From contig OZ024742.1 in NCBI GenBank assembly GCA_964016885.1, forward strand, positions 180,048,001-180,112,000: 64,000 bases of DNA, written 5' to 3'. The position numbers were made by a program, and so were the translations under genes. Below, in pieces: positions 30,204-45,097 of this stretch. The stretch's first letter is position 1, and every line of letters begins with the position of its first letter. The notes below the pieces were generated by a model, which had not been told where the DNA came from, made no database searches, and saw only the letters and a list, made by a program, of their open reading frames with translations. Source of the stretch: Eledone cirrhosa. Lineage: Eukaryota.

Positions 30204-31391
30204 CTAAAATATATACAGATACACACACGAGTACTATATATATTTTCATATGTACATGTGCCTATTCGTTTGCTAGTTTTAGTTATTAGAATGCAGCTAT
30301 GCTGGGAGACAACCTTAAGGGTGCTTAGTCGACCATATCGTTGCCCAGTATTATTTTTAAGTCTGGAATATAGTTTAATGGAATTTTTTTTTGTCAATCT
30401 GCTGTTACATGAGATAAACACAGACACGAGCAGTTAAACACACACACACACACATATAGTGAAAAGTAACAAAGCTATTTCAGACTTAGTAGTTCTTTTT
30501 CTTTACATTTAAAAATTAAAGAATCTTTGCAAAACAGTAGAATTCTCCCCATTGATTGTTAATGATGTAGTAGCATTCTAACCATTGATTACTAAAGAGA
30601 TGATTTAATTTTGCTCATTGATTAATAAAGATATGCTAGAATTCTATCAATTAATTTTTAAAGATATAGTAGAATTCTATCCATCGATTGTTTAAATCTC
30701 CATTAACAACAACATCATCATCATCATCATCATCATCATCGTTTTACGTCCGTTCTTCCATGCTAGCATGGGTTAGACGGGTTGTCCTGTTGTGGGCAGT
30801 GTTTGTTCAGCTGACCATGCCTTGCTCATACAGGAACTGATTTTGGTTTGATTTCTACAGCTGGATGCCCTTCCTAACACCAACCTCATTTACAGTGAGT
30901 GCTGGGTGCTTTTTTCTGTGGCGCCTACACGTCCACTTTACAGTGTGGGCTGGGTGCTTTTTTTGCCGTGGCACCTCCATGACCACTTTGCAGTGGGTGG
31001 GTGTGGGGCATATTGTCTATATGCTTCAGCTTGTACCCATGGGAGGTCGGGTACTCTGTATTACTGCGTGATGCCAGAGGTCACGGTCGTGTGTCATCGC
31101 CTTTGAGAGGTGTAATTGGGTAAGGTCGGCTTTTATCACCTCATCCCAGGTCTTCTTGTGTCTCCTCACTCTGTGTTTTCCAATGACTTCTATGGAACAT
31201 TAAAGAGTGAACCTATATGCAGTTACTTGAAAAGCTAGAAGAAGCAGCCAAGTTTCTGCCTGAGCCTACACCAATTTAAAACTGACAGACCTATTAGATA
31301 ATGTAACCTATACATATTTCTAAAATGAAATTTCCATTGCTGGAATGCCTTTTAGCATAGGTTTGCTTGATACGAGCTTACCTGTGATTAA

Positions 31392-31620
31392 CCCTTTAGC
31401 TATTTAAACTGGCCGTATCCGGACAGAATTCTCTCACCTCTCTCTGTTCAAACTGGTTGTAACTGGCCGTTAAGGTATTGTTCTTAAAATAACTAATATC
31501 AACATCTCATAGATTCGATATTATGTTAGATAATTATGTGAGATAAAGCCTTTACTGTGAAATAAAGTGTTTACCATGAAAATACAATAGTAAATGTAGA
31601 GTAATGTAAATGCTAAAAGG
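31392..31620. mobile_element. piggyBac-type MITE (second copy)
   Basis: TTAA-CCCTTTAGC...GCTAAAAGG-TTAA. Internal sequence matches the reverse complement of 14327-14544. Confidence 0.75.
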
Positions 31621-34600
31621 TTAAATGACAGCAGCAACAGTATCATAGATTGCTCAAAGGGCATTTTAAGACTAATAAAACATGACAATTCTCTAGGAAA
31701 ACAGCATTTTTCATTATAAAAGCAAGCAACATAAAATGCATTTTTACTATACAGATATACATACTAACACAGACTTTACCCACATATCTTAACATATCAT
31801 AAAATACGAACATAGTTACTATTGAAAGTTCAGTCTGCAACACAATTATAGAAGTAGTTACAAAACATTTCCCAGAAAGTATCGTGAAAATGCAATTATA
31901 ACTATACAATTGAAATATCAGCTCAATAAAAACTAGGAACAGCTTCGAAGACAACATATCATGACACAACAGAAATAAAACTCAACCTGAAGCTACTACA
32001 GCGAGATCATCATTTCATCATCATCATCATTTCATTTTACATCCGCTTTTTCCCTGCTTGCAAGGGTGGGACGGGAACTGATTCTGGCTTGATTTCTACA
32101 GCTGGATGCCCTTCCTAACATCAACCTCATTTACAGTGAGTGCTGGGTGCTTTTTTTGCTGTGGCACCTCCACGACCACTTTGCAGTGGAATGATATAGA
32201 CCCCAGTCCCTATCATCTCATTTTTACAGCTAAGTAAACTGGAGCAATGTAAAATAAAGTGTCTTGCTCAAGGAAATAACACATCACCCGATATCAAAGA
32301 TAATAAGATATCAAAGATAATAAGTCTACCCCACCCCAGAAAACTAGCAATCCATAAACATGTTTTGAGTAACCATAAGAAATATTTACCATCAACACTG
32401 ATTGTGTACTTTTGAGCCATTGATTGAACAACTACGTTTTCCTTGAACCAACTAGAAATAGCAGTCAATTATGTCTAAAATCCATCAAACCGATTTAAGA
32501 AAAAAATTTATATAATGTAATCAAGAGCAAATTATTCTGGAAAAAAAAACATAGAATAGACATGGCTGAAATGTTATTAATCATGAGATTAATTAACAAG
32601 GGATAACTTGTGATTAAACAATTACTTTTCTAAAATGAGTTACTATAATCAATATATGTAAAACGTAAACACATGACACAAGGTGATTATCATTCATCTT
32701 TACCTTGTCCTTGGTCTGTTTTTGTTTTCTTTTAATGGAAATCTCAAAACTTGAAAGTTTCAGAACGTGTTGTCAAATTCAGAAACCTACAACATATTTA
32801 TGTTTGAAAAAATGATTGTAAGTAGCAGCATTTTTTAATAAACGTATCAAAACTGTCAAATTTTCAGAGGTCAGAATCTAGGCCGAAGACTCATAATGAC
32901 ACTAAAACCCAAAGACTATATCTGAATATACACCTCGTCCATTTAATGTTTAATGGTCTAAATATTCTACAGAACTTCATGTGATCTTAACTGAAAGTCC
33001 TACTCATCCATTTAATGTGAAATGGGCTAAGTATTTCTCAGATTTCATGTAACAACATCATTTTCAAGCAGAATCAGCCCAACACTGGTACAGGCTTCCA
33101 TAGAGTTTCTGTGTACCTAATTCCTTCACAGTATCATGAAATTGTTGGTTTCAGTTCTTGGTTAGTCTTTGAATAACAAAACCACGGCTATGAAAATTAG
33201 CAAAGTATTACATTATATACATTTTGTGTATACTCCAAATAGTATTTAGCAAATAGTTTATGCTTTTCCAATGCCCTCTTTATTTCCCTCTCACCCTTTC
33301 CCTCTTTATCTATCACTCTCTCTGTCCCCTTTCTGTATCTCTCTCACACCCCTCTTGAAGAGAAAGTGAAATCAAGAGAAAATTAAACACAACAGTGAGT
33401 TAGTGAGAGAAATTAATTAAAAAAAGATATTCTTTGTTCTTTCACTGGTTTCAAGTAATGTCTGTGGCCACACTAGAACAATACGTTTGAAAACGTTATC
33501 TATTACATCGATTCAGAACTTACATTATTGAGTTTGGAAGGTTAAAGGTGAAAGTAAATCAAGTTGATTTGAAATGAAAGTGTTAAGAGCTAATCAAATA
33601 TTGCAAAGTATTATATTCCAGTGTCCAACCAATTCTGCCATCAAGCTATCAACTACATAGTCAAGCCTCAGTTATCCAAAACATATATCTAGGGTTCATA
33701 AATATTTAATTAGTCATACTGAATGTAATTCACTTCACCTTTTGTTAGCAGTGATTAAATGTGTATAGGAATTATTGAAAAACATGAAAATATCTTACAT
33801 CAAAGTGCTTTTACTGACACTGGCAAACAACTGGAGCTTTTGTTTACAATTAACAATTAACAAAAGTAATGAATACTGGTCAGTCTGCTAGTTAATCTTT
33901 GTTGGTCAGTTTAAACAGTGTTAACCCTTTTGTTACTATATTTCTAAAGAAAAGCATTAGGATTTGAAATAATCAAAGATTTTGAGGGATTTACTAATAT
34001 AACTAACTTACTCATTAATTTTGGAACATGATTTAACATAAGTCTTACATAAAATTGTGATGGAAGTTTTTCAGTTCAGTGTAAACATTTTAAAACAAAC
34101 AATTTTGTATTGTAGAACCAGAGCTGATTTTGGATGAAAAGAGTTACAATAAATTGTACACAAAAAGTGATGGGGGAGTTGAAGAATATAAAAACAAAGC
34201 AAAATCAATTTTGCCTTCAGTCATTCTATAACAGGATTACCAGTTTTTTTATATAAAATTCCTGAAATTTGGCTTATATTCACTTGGTTAGTCCAATCCT
34301 GGCTAGTAGGGAAAACAGGCATTAAATGATGTCAACTTGGCTTTTTCCTGGCTTTTCGTCTCCTGCTTTGCTTTATAATATAAGATGTTGGACGAGAATC
34401 TAGCAATAAACTAAAAACATCTTAGGCTGAATTGAACTGCATGAATGCCATTGAAATATATATCACAGCTTTATCAATAAAGGATTTTTAAACATCTACA
34501 CCAAACTTCACTTTTTCCTTATTCTGCATATATTCTACATATATTGCATACGCAATCCTGATTAGTCAACATGTTTTCCATACGTATATATATATATTCA

Positions 34601-34830
34601 GGCCAAGCATATATTCTTTGAAACCACAAAATACACTGAAATTTTTGTTTCATAGATGCCATTTCCTTCCTGAAAATTACAACTACAACCTCTAGGAGAG
34701 AAAATGTAAAACATGTTCAGAAAAACATTAAACTTGAAATTTATAAATTAAAGCAATGAAAAAGTAAAACCGTAAATAGTATCCAAAATATGGTATTTTA
34801 TAATCATGGGAAGACTTCATGCTCAACATG

Positions 34831-34959
<129 letters not shown>

Positions 34960-35620
34960 TAAAGAGTTAAACAAGATTCAATGAGTATATCAAAGAATGA
35001 GTTTTACAGTAGATTGGAAGCACTCTACAGCAAAATATTTTCCAGAGTTATTAATATTAAAATACAAATATGAATAAAATAGATGTTCTTTTGATCAATT
35101 AAATTTCATTATACATATTTCAGAGGTAAAACAGTACGTCCTCATCAGACAAAATATAATGATACATGACATACCCTGAGATGTTTAATGGTTAAGATGT
35201 AATCAAGGTAGTGATTAAGTTATGAGAAAAATCAACATTTATACCATAATAATGAGAAAATGCGAAAACATAATAAAATCAATAGAGATTTTAAAATGTG
35301 GGATACAAAAATTTTTTTGCACAAATTACTCCCCTTTATCTCTCCCTCTCTTCAATTATCTATCGGTAGCTTTCATAAACTGTAATAAAATTATAACTCC
35401 AGACACGTCTTCCTCTATAATCCTAATTTGTAGTATCCCACATTTTAAAATCTCTATAACTGTTACATTAAAGCAACGTTTTCTTACTCATACCTTCTCT
35501 ATTGATTCTATTACGTTTTCGCATTTTCTCATTATTAGGGTATAAATGTTGAGTTTTCTCATAACTTAATTACTACCTTGATTAAATCTTAACCATTAAA
35601 CATCTCAGGGTATGTCATGT

Positions 35621-35690
35621 ATCATTATATTTTGTCTGATGAGGACGTACTGTTGTACCTCTGAAATATGTATAATAAAATTTAATTGAT
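35621..35690 (+). ncRNA. Hammerhead ribozyme in the PLE1 pseudo-LTR; copies at 35094-35163(-) and 39690-39759(+)
   Basis: ATTTTGT-CTGATGA-GGA c GTAC tgtt GTAC c TCT-GAAA-TATGTA-TA-ATAAAAT. Confidence 0.8.
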
Positions 35691-35886
35691 CAAAAGAACA
35701 TCTATTTTATTAATATTTGTATTTTAATATTAATAACTCTGGAAAATATTTTACTGTAGAGTGCTTCCAATCTACTGTAAAACTCATTCTTTGATATACT
35801 CATTGAATCTTGTTTAACTCTTTAATATATATTGTTCCCAATTGGTTGAGCGCTTTTTTATACAATAGATTGCATATTCAATAAAT

Positions 35887-38126
35887 ATGGATTTCTTAAA
35901 CTTCCCGACATCCCTCAAGGATATACCCATACCTTCAAATGCATGAGGAAAATTATCGAACAAACAAACTCTTTTATTAGAAGAATGAGATGGCGAGCAT
36001 TTCATTTCGAAAATAAAATTGCTGAAAGAAAAACCAACAGCAATCATTTCGAATCTTTATTTAAATCAAGAAGAATCCTCCATACAACAAACACCTGGAG
36101 TATTTTGAGACCGAAATGCTCGGTATACTTAAAAAAATTAAATTTAGGAAAAACCCATATATAGGTCACCAATACCTTAGAACTCTAAAAGAAAAGATCG
36201 CGGAAATAAAAAAAGTTAACAAAATATTGGTTAAATCGGACAAAACTAATAATTTATATGGGATAAACAAAGATGAATATAACAACTTGATTTTAAAGGA
36301 ACTTAGGAAAAATTACAAAAAAGCCCCGGCTGAAGATCTTACAGAAATTAACGAGGATGCCTATAAATTAATTACCAATTTAGGAATAGAAGGAAGAACC
36401 GAGCCATTACTACCTACGCAGCCGCGGATTAACTTAAAGGATCACAAAAGAAACTTCGAGGAAGATATGCCAGTTAGATTGATTGCTCCATACAAATCGG
36501 ATATTGGAATAATCAGTAAAAACATCATCAAAAGAATCTTACCCGCTCTTAAATTGAGATCTAATTTGAGCTTGTGGAAAGATACAAATGAAGTCATAGA
36601 ATGGTACAAGTATATAGATGATAAGAAAAACCATAAATTCATCCAGATGGACATAACAAACTACTATTTTTCCATAACACCTAACCTACTAAATAAGGCT
36701 CTATCATACGCTTATAAGCATACTGATCTAACCACGGATGAAATTGATATCATACTAACAGCCAGAAGAACTCTTATTAACTTCAACAATGAATATTGGA
36801 CTCGCTCAGATAGAAATAGAAACTTTGATATTACTATGGGGGCACTCGGTTCTGCGCAAATCAGATCTTCTGTGAATTTTCATATTAAATATGATAAATA
36901 GAAAACTGCCGGAGATTACCGGTGGTTTATATAGGGACGATATTTTATTTACGGTGGTCAAACACAACAATATAGAACTAAATAGAGTAAAGAAAAGTAT
37001 AATAGAATTCTTTAAAATGTATGACCTTAAGTTAGAAGTAGAAAATGGTACCAAAATAGTTAATTTCCTAGACGTTACGTTTAATTTAAACTCTGGCTTT
37101 TATTACCCTTTTCATAAGCCCAATGAAAACTTAAACTATGTTAGTAACCATTCCAATCACCCTAAATCTGTAAAAAAAAAGCTATAGTTAATAGTGTGCA
37201 AAAACGAATTAATAGAATATCAGCCAATAAAGCTATATTTGATGATAATGCAGCATACTACAATGATGCGGTAAAAAGAGCAGGATATGAGAATAATATA
37301 GAATACTTAGATAATAATAATCCAAGTTTTAATCCTGATAAAAATAATGGCAAACATAAACGAAACTCTAATAATTATAATTCAAACACCCATACGCCAA
37401 ACAAATTGAGGAAAAGAACTAGAACTAAATCAGTCATATGGTCCCCCCCCCCCACCTGCTTCGGTAGCAGTTAGAACACCAATTGCAAAATTATTTTTTA
37501 ATGCTTTGGACACCGCTTTCCCTACTCAACATAAATACCATTCCATTTTTAATAGACACACTATTAAATTATCTTATTCTACAACTATGAATATGGCACA
37601 AAACATTGCTAAATTAAACAGTAACATTCTAAAGCAGAATCAGCATAATGATATTAATAATAGTTTTAACATAAATGTTAATAAACCAAAATGTAATTGT
37701 AGAAATAAAATTGATTGCCCTCTGCAAAATAATTGTTTGGATACTAATTTGGTGTATAAATGCACCGTAAAAGCTGATTACAACTACATAGGATCGACTT
37801 CTTCTACATTTAAAGCTAGATTTGCGAATCATAAATGCTCATTTTCGAACTCCAAGAGGAAATCATCCATTTCTTTATCACAGCTTATATGGTCATTAAA
37901 AGAGAAGAATTTAAAATACTCCATTTTTGGGACGAAACTTCGTAATAGTCGTGTTTACCGCAACTCAAGTATATCAAGTAACTGCGCGCTTTGTACAATG
38001 GAGACCCTTTTGATTATTAATAATTATGAGACCTTAATTAACAAAAAAAGTGAATTATTCTCTAACTGCTTTCATAAAGCCTTGTCTACATTCCAAGCCT
38101 CCCATAAGACCAAGAAGAAACAGTAA
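35887..38126 (+). pseudogene. PLE reverse transcriptase + GIY-YIG endonuclease (Naiad-like), broken into six fragments
   Basis: SLKDIPIPS, FIRRMRWRA, KSDKTNNLY, LKDHK, QMDITNYY, GLYRDDIL, NFLDVTFNL, CNCRNKIDCPLQNNCL, VYKC..YIGST, CALC..E, CFH. Confidence 0.9.
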
Positions 38127-39831
38127 GCAACCAAACTTGGTTTTTAGACGTACATAATCAACATTTGAAAACCTTAATGGCCTTTAATATTGCTTGGATT
38201 GGCAGTATCGGTAGGGGGTCGGACGACATGCTTTGACGCATAGAGTTACAGCCCTTGCCATTCTGAGTTCAAATCCTGCCGAGGTTAACTTTACCTTTCA
38301 TCCTTATGGGGTCGATAAAATAAAGTACCAGTAATACACTGGTTAAATGCTGGCCTTGTGCCAAAAGTAGAAACAAATATTGCTTTATCTTATAACCATC
38401 TATAAAGGAAATAAAGTTTGAATGAATGACACTTGTTTAATAACATGCTGGCACGTGGATATACAAATCGTAACTTTTTGAATATTATTAACTTTGATCT
38501 CTATCTTTCTATCTATGCTTTAAATATAGTTCATATATCCAACCTGTGAATTTTTACGGATCTTATTTTGAACTGTGAATCATTCATGCGTTTACATTTT
38601 TTTTATATATATGTATCTATTTAACTTATGCACGTTTGAATCTATTATCTAAGATTATAAACGTTATCATTTACCAAAAGTATACTGTCTCATTAATACT
38701 AATATCTCTCTATACCAAATTCTTTTCAAATATGTTTATATTGCATAATAACATAATCATATTATTAGTTACGTATATCTCTACATTTAGTTTTTTTGCA
38801 TCTATATTTATAGTGTATAATAACTTAATCATAATTATTGTTTCGGTATAACGCTATATATAGTTTGTGCAAATATAAATATAGTGTACAATAACATAAT
38901 CATTATTTAGAGTTCATTCTTCCCTTAAAGGTAGAACTAATATAGGAATATAATATAATAAATATTAATTTATTACGATAAATGCACACACACATATATT
39001 AACTCTGCGTTAATCATTATATTTTGACAATGTATCTACTTGACAATAAATTCTTCGATATTTGTAACAGTAAATACTTCTTAAATTTGACATACCGAAA
39101 ATGTTGACACTGTTATAGGTAATTTTGTTAATGATTACATTTAGGAGTATATTCAACAGTGTATAATTTTCTTTCGCGGGCCTAGTAAATCCTTTAAAAT
39201 TTTGTTTTCATAAAATTCAGAATTTTAAAATGTAACACTTTTAAAAAAATTTATAAAATTTATAAAATTAATATAAATAACCATCAACTTTTAAAACCTA
39301 AAATTTTGATTCTTCACTCTAAAATAACGTAAATTAAATATTTTGAAATTTAACCGCTAAGTCCATATGCGGAAAAAAATTTTTTTTTTTGCACAAATTA
39401 CTCCCCTTATCTCTTCCTCTCTACTTATCTATCGGTAGCTTTCATAAACTGTAATAAAATTATAACTCCAGACACGTCTTCCTCTATAATCCTAATTTGT
39501 AGTATTCCACATTTTAAAATCTCTATAACTGTTACATTAAAGCAACGTTTTCTTACTCATACCTTCTCTATTGATTCTATTACGTTTTCGCATTTTCTCA
39601 TTATTATGGTATAAATGTTGAGTTTTCTCATAACTTAATCACTACCTTGATTAAATCTTAACCATTTAACATCTCAGGGTATGTCATGTATCATTATATT
39701 TTGTCTGATGAGGACGTACTGTTGTACCTCTGAAATATGTATAATAAAATTTAATTGATCAAAAGAACATCTATTTTATTAATATTTGTATTTTAATATA
39801 TATATATATATTTATTAAAATAACAGATTAA

Positions 39832-39882
39832 AGTTTAAGCAAAGAATTGCTGCTTTCACCCTTACTGGGATCTTCTGAAACT
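39832..39882 (-). ncRNA. Hammerhead-like motif with a CAGAAGA (U4A) core; second copy at 43419-43469(-)
   Basis: AGTTT-CAGAAGA-t CCC agtaa GGG t-GAAA-GCA..TGC-TT-AAACT. Confidence 0.55.
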
Positions 39883-40226
39883 AAAAAAAATCAATCTGTG
39901 AACGCAGAAGTAAATATTTCGAAAAACGTTGCAACTGAAGAAAAACAGGAAGACCATACTTTGCTCTATGGTTCTTATATATTTGATATATATTTACCCT
40001 TATTGAGCCCTCTTTGGATTTTAGTCTTCACATTTATTATTAGTACTATATATATATATTTTTTTTAAAGGGGGTAAGGTTCTATGCCAAACAGAATTTA
40101 TAGAAAGAAAAGGTAAGAATGTAAACAGTACTGAAGTATATTTAAAGAATCTTTTTTCTTCTTTAATCTAACAAAGTGATTATTCAAAACAAGAGAAAAA
40201 CATTTTTTAAAAAGGGCTTTATAGAA

Positions 40227-41172
40227 TACTAGCAGTAAAGCCCGGCGTTGCTCGGGGTCGCTCAGTAGCTGTGTTAAAGTTACAATGTTAAGTTTCTTTC
40301 TTGGCTTAAAAACTGTAGTGTCTACTGTGCAGACTTGCATGTGGTGTTTTTGATTAATATTCCCTCAACCAACAATATGCCTTATGAAGTTAAGAAAACA
40401 TAACGATAACCCGAATGTTATAACAAAAGAGGATGCTGGGGATAGAAACTGCACTGGTTATTTATTAACAAAGATCGAAAATGTAAACACTGCAACGCAG
40501 AGAAAAACATTAGCGTAACCAAATTATCAGTTATGTCTGTCTGCACGCCTATATCACCTCTCTGCACGACTGTCTGTCTGCACGCCTATATCACCTCTCT
40601 GCACGACTGTCTGTCTGCACGCCTATATCACCTCTCTGCACGACTGTCTGTCTGCACGCCTATATCACCTCTCTGCATGACTATCTGTCTGCACGCGTAT
40701 ATCACCTCTCTGCACGACTGTCTGTCTGCACGACTGTCTGTCTGCACGCCTAACGACGAAATATTTGCTTGTTTTACGTAGTCTTTAAATAGACTTGTTT
40801 TCAAGTAAAAATATTGTTTTAAAATGCTTTTAAATGGAAATGAAGCAAAACGGAAGCTTAGTGTTCAACTGTTCGTGTATTGTGTTAATGTCATTTTAAA
40901 CGCTGAGAAAGCCAGCGTAATTTTTTACGTAAGACGCTCAATGTAAACAGAACAAAGGGAAATAACTGATCACTTACGCTCAAAAATCGATACATTATAT
41001 TCGATTTCGTCACATAGGGTGGGTCAATTTGAAATATTTTTTTCCGATGTCTTCGCTAGGGCTCAATGTACAAGTATAGCAATTTCGGTGCAATTCCGTG
41101 AGAGATTCTAAGAGGAGATGTGTGCCAAAAATCGATAGACAGACAGACAACCACAGTTTTATATATATAGAT
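40227..41172 (+). mobile_element. Non-autonomous Helitron-like element containing a 37-bp minisatellite (40534-40750)
   Basis: 5' TACTAGCAGTAAAGCCCGGCGTTGCTCGGG hairpin end and 3' (GACA)n...TTTTATATATATAGAT end. Repeat unit CTGCACGCCTATATCACCTCTCTGCACGACTGTCTGT. Confidence 0.65.
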
Positions 41173-41179
41173 ATAACAA

Positions 41180-41219
41180 ATTATTACTGGTTTCGACGAT
41201 ATCCATCTTATCAAATATT
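41180..41219 (-). ncRNA. Minimal hammerhead, U3-A8 core variant
   Basis: AATAT-TTGATAA-GATG gatat CGTC-GAAA-CCAG-TA-ATAAT. Helix I is weak. Confidence 0.5.
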
Positions 41220-42155
41220 AAAATTAAGAATTAAAAATTAAAAATCAAGAGTTGAAGAAGTTCAGTTTATATTTTGTGTTGGGATGATGAATGCGTCACT
41301 TTAGAAAAGAACTATATATATATATATACATTTACACACTAAGTCTTACCTTTCTTTTTCTCTCTCTCTATATATATGTACACTAATAAAATACATCCAG
41401 CCCACTTTGTTCCCGTGGTGAATTGATAAAATAACTACCTAGAGGCCTTGCTGGTGCCACAATGAAATGCTCCCAGTACATGCTGTAAAGTGTTTGGAAA
41501 TAGGAAGGGCAAAACCAAGCCAAAAATGGAATGTATAAGAAAGCCTCAGTACATGACAACCCATCTAACCCACAAAAGCATGACAAATAGGCATTAAATG
41601 GTGATGATGATTTTGGCAAAAACATTCTTATAATATCTTCAATAGCCTTGAGCATTTCAGTTAGTACTCATCATAGTCTGGGGTGGCTTCATTTCTCATT
41701 ATTTTGAAATTCATACATTGTCATTGCTTGATAATTCTTATCTCAGACTCAAGTTATGAAATTGGGGATATGGTGCACACATTTTTCTTAAAATGATATC
41801 ACCATATTTCTTGTAACTTTTTCTGAATAAAATGTACCTTAACATCAAGGGCTTTGGTAGTACTCCCGCATTATGTCTTCTGATTCTCAAGGTTTCAAGT
41901 ATTCTCATATAGTGGACTACTATCGTCATTTTTTTTTTAGTTATTCTTCCTTTCTTCTTTTCGAACGGTTATAGTTTCTACTTTCTTATGCCTTCTTAAA
42001 TAATTTTGATGATTTTCTTGTATTGGTCAATGTTAAGTTGTAATTGTCTTGACAGTACTTGTTGTTGGATCATTCACAACCAGAAATAATATCCTGTGGA
42101 ACCTTCCATATGGCTTTAAATATATATAATATATATGTATATATACATATATATA

Positions 42156-43052
42156 CGAGGTGGGTCAGAAAAGTTCCAGAACTGATGTCACAAAAGATTT
42201 ATTTCAAACCCAAACTTCACACTAAGAGTTTTCTCCTTCAAAGTAACCCCCCTGGTGTCTAATGCACTTTACCATCCTTTTCTGCCACGCTTGAATCAAC
42301 TCCTAGAAGGATTCTTCCGGGATCCTCCGCAGTTCCGTCGTCACAGCCTTTTTGATGTCGTCCACGTCTTCAAAACGGGCCCCCCTCCGGGTCGTACACG
42401 AAGAGCCAGGACTTATCACCGGTGATGACTGTCCCTAGCAAGTCTGGTTCGGTTTCAAGACGCTCGAGAATGTCCTGGCACACTTTCATGAGTCGACCCT
42501 TCTGGTCATGGTTCAGCAGTTTTGGCACCATCTTCGCGCAGACTTTCCGCATGTCCAAATCTTCAGTAAGAATCTTCCAGCACCCTGTCCGGATTCATCC
42601 CCAGTTCATTTGACATCAGTCGAACAGTCAGCCGACGATTTCTACACACCATCTGCCTGACGCACTCAACGTTGACCTCAGTCCTGGTTGTTGAGGGCCT
42701 TACGGTCCTGAGGTCATCTGCCACGTCCTCGCGTCCTTCTTTAAACCTCTTGCACCACTCATAAACACGTGAGCTTGACATCGTCTCATCTCCATACACT
42801 TGCTGCAGCAATCCCAGTACTTCTGACGGAGTTTTCAAGTTTGTTTGTTAATCTGTGCTCATTGCTTGACGACCTGAAACAGAGGACATGTATATAAAAT
42901 CATGAAGAAAAACGTTTGATCGATGCAGAGAGCTAAGATTACAGTTACATACTTCAGGGGCATTACTTTGAAGGAGAAAACTCTTAGTGTGAAGTTTGGG
43001 TTTGAATTAAATCTTTGTGACATCAGTCCTGGAACATTTCTGACACACCTCG
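42156..43052 (-). mobile_element. Internally deleted mariner (Tc1/mariner) DNA transposon
   Basis: TIRs of about 90 bp (CGAGGTGKGTCAGAAA...) with TA on both sides. Fragments: HTH (VYGDETMSSSRVYEWCKRFKEGRE), MRKVCAKMVPKLL, ITGDKSWLFVYDPE, then a jump to the C-terminus. Confidence 0.92.
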
Positions 43053-43061
43053 TATATGTAA

Positions 43062-43154
<93 letters not shown>

Positions 43155-43155
43155 C

Positions 43156-43190
<35 letters not shown>

Positions 43191-43225
43191 CACATATATA
43201 TATTGATACATACATATATATATAC

Positions 43226-43271
<46 letters not shown>

Positions 43272-43294
43272 ATATGTATATATATATATGTATA

Positions 43295-44400
43295 TAGTAA
43301 TAATAACAGTAATAATAATAAATTTGAAGACTAAAATCCAAAGAGGGCTCGATAAGGATAAATATATATCAAATATATAAGAACCGTAGAGCAAATATTT
43401 ATTAAAATAACAGATTAAAGTTTAAGCAAAGAATCGCTGCTTTCACCCTTAACGGGGTCTTCTGAAACTAACAAAGTCAATCTGTAAACGAAGAACTGGA
43501 TATTTCAAAAAACGTTGCAACCGGAGGGAGACAGGAAGACGATACTTTGGTTCGTGGAAACGTTCGCTGGCAAAGAACGGGAAAAAACGAATAATACGTC
43601 ATTAATAGGAGTGGTGAAAAACAATTACGCGCAAAGACAGAACCACATTTATGGTATAAAAGAGGTCATAGACTAATGTTCTTTAAGGTGGTGCATAGAG
43701 ACATTCTCTGGCAATGAACGAAAAAACGAAGAGAGTAAGTCATATGTGGAGCGTGGTGAACAATAGCACGCCAAGACAAAACCACGTAAATGGTATAGCA
43801 GAAGTCATAGACTAAAATTCTAACTAGGAGACCAAATGAATCTCTTCTACAGAGTTAAGAACAAAGTAAATAAATACAATACAGAAGTAATAGAAATAAA
43901 TAAATACATACACGCAAACAAATACGTACATACACAAGCATACGCAAAACCTTACCATAGGTATACAAAACCACGCACATATAAATATGTGTGTGTGTGT
44001 ATGCGTGTATACAAATAAATAAATAATTATATAAACGTATAAGAATAAATAAATACGTATATAACAAGCGCACACACATACCTACATATAAATACACGAA
44101 TGTTCGGAGACGTAAGTCAACTAAAACAAGAAGTACACATATACACACACCCACCATACGTACGAACCTGCATACTCACACAGACCTAAAACTCCCGTAT
44201 ACACATAGCCAAACCCTATGTACCAGAAATATAAAATTATACGCCATAACAATCAAATATACGTACGAGAAGGTATACGTACCTTCACAAAACATACGGG
44301 TAATATATACTTACCTATGCAAATAAGTAAAAGAATAAACAAAACATATACTTAGCTCCCACATCAAGACGTAAAATATCCACGTATAGATCGTACTATC
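43295..44400 (-). mobile_element. Non-coding PLE-terminal-repeat-like element; rearranged shorter copies at 39810-40050 and 45320-45430
   Basis: Shared blocks TTTATTAAAATAACAGATTA and GAGCCCTCTTTGGATTTTAGTCTTCA occur in differing relative orientation. Contains the U4A HHR motif. Confidence 0.6.
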
Positions 44401-44465
44401 CGTTAGGGTATAACGTGGGGCTGTAATACAAGAAAGTTTTGTGCAATTTATGTTTACAAGAATGA

Positions 44466-45055
44466 CAACACTGACAAAGGAGTGATGAACTAGTATGAAA
44501 CTTATTAGCTGTCGTCAGCATCGTATACCTTCCTGTCAGATGATTGAACGTTTGAAAATATATACTTTCCTTATGCACATTAACGGCTGAGCAGCCTAAT
44601 TTGCATATCAAGTGAGTTAGTCGGCCGGGCGCACCGAAAACGATAAATGGAAAAGAATGAAATGAAATTTCATTTCTCACTTTTAGTACCGCTGATACTT
44701 CAATGTAAGAATGTATACGTACATACATATATGTAAACAGACGTACAGTAGTATGTATATATATATACATAGATGCACACATATATATATATGTACGTAT
44801 GGGCTTACCGAACATTTATTATATTGTTCGGTTTGTTTGTAAACAAACAGCCCGAATTAAGCCGTAAAGTGTTCGGCAACCACCGTCGCCCTTTTTGTTC
44901 AACACTGACAAAGGAACGATGAACTAGTTTCAAGCTTATTAGCTATCGTCAGCATCGTATACCTTCCTGTCAGATGATTGAACGTTATGCATATAATAAT
45001 AAATGTTCGGTAAACCCATACGTCTGTATACATATATGTATGTACGTATACATAC
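44466..45055 (-). mobile_element. Dispersed copy (about 1.2 units) of the HHR satellite family with a 5' inverted segment at 44985-45055
   Basis: Intact HHR at 44897-44983 (CGATG-CTGACGA...GAAACTAGTT-CATCG). Second HHR at 44466-44549 has GAAA mutated. Spacing about 434 bp. Confidence 0.85.
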
Positions 45056-45059
45056 ATAC

Positions 45060-45096
<37 letters not shown>

Positions 45097-45097
<1 letters not shown>

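Noticed and set aside
32700-32790. Possible minus-strand host exon (ttgtag...gtaaag)
   Set aside because: Stops in all three frames and no partner exons; splice-like motifs are common by chance.
35887-38126. Selenocysteine read-through in the Naiad-like PLE ORFs
   Set aside because: Conserved Cys positions are TGT/TGC in both PLEs. Breaks in PLE1 are frameshifts or ordinary stops, and I recognised no SECIS.
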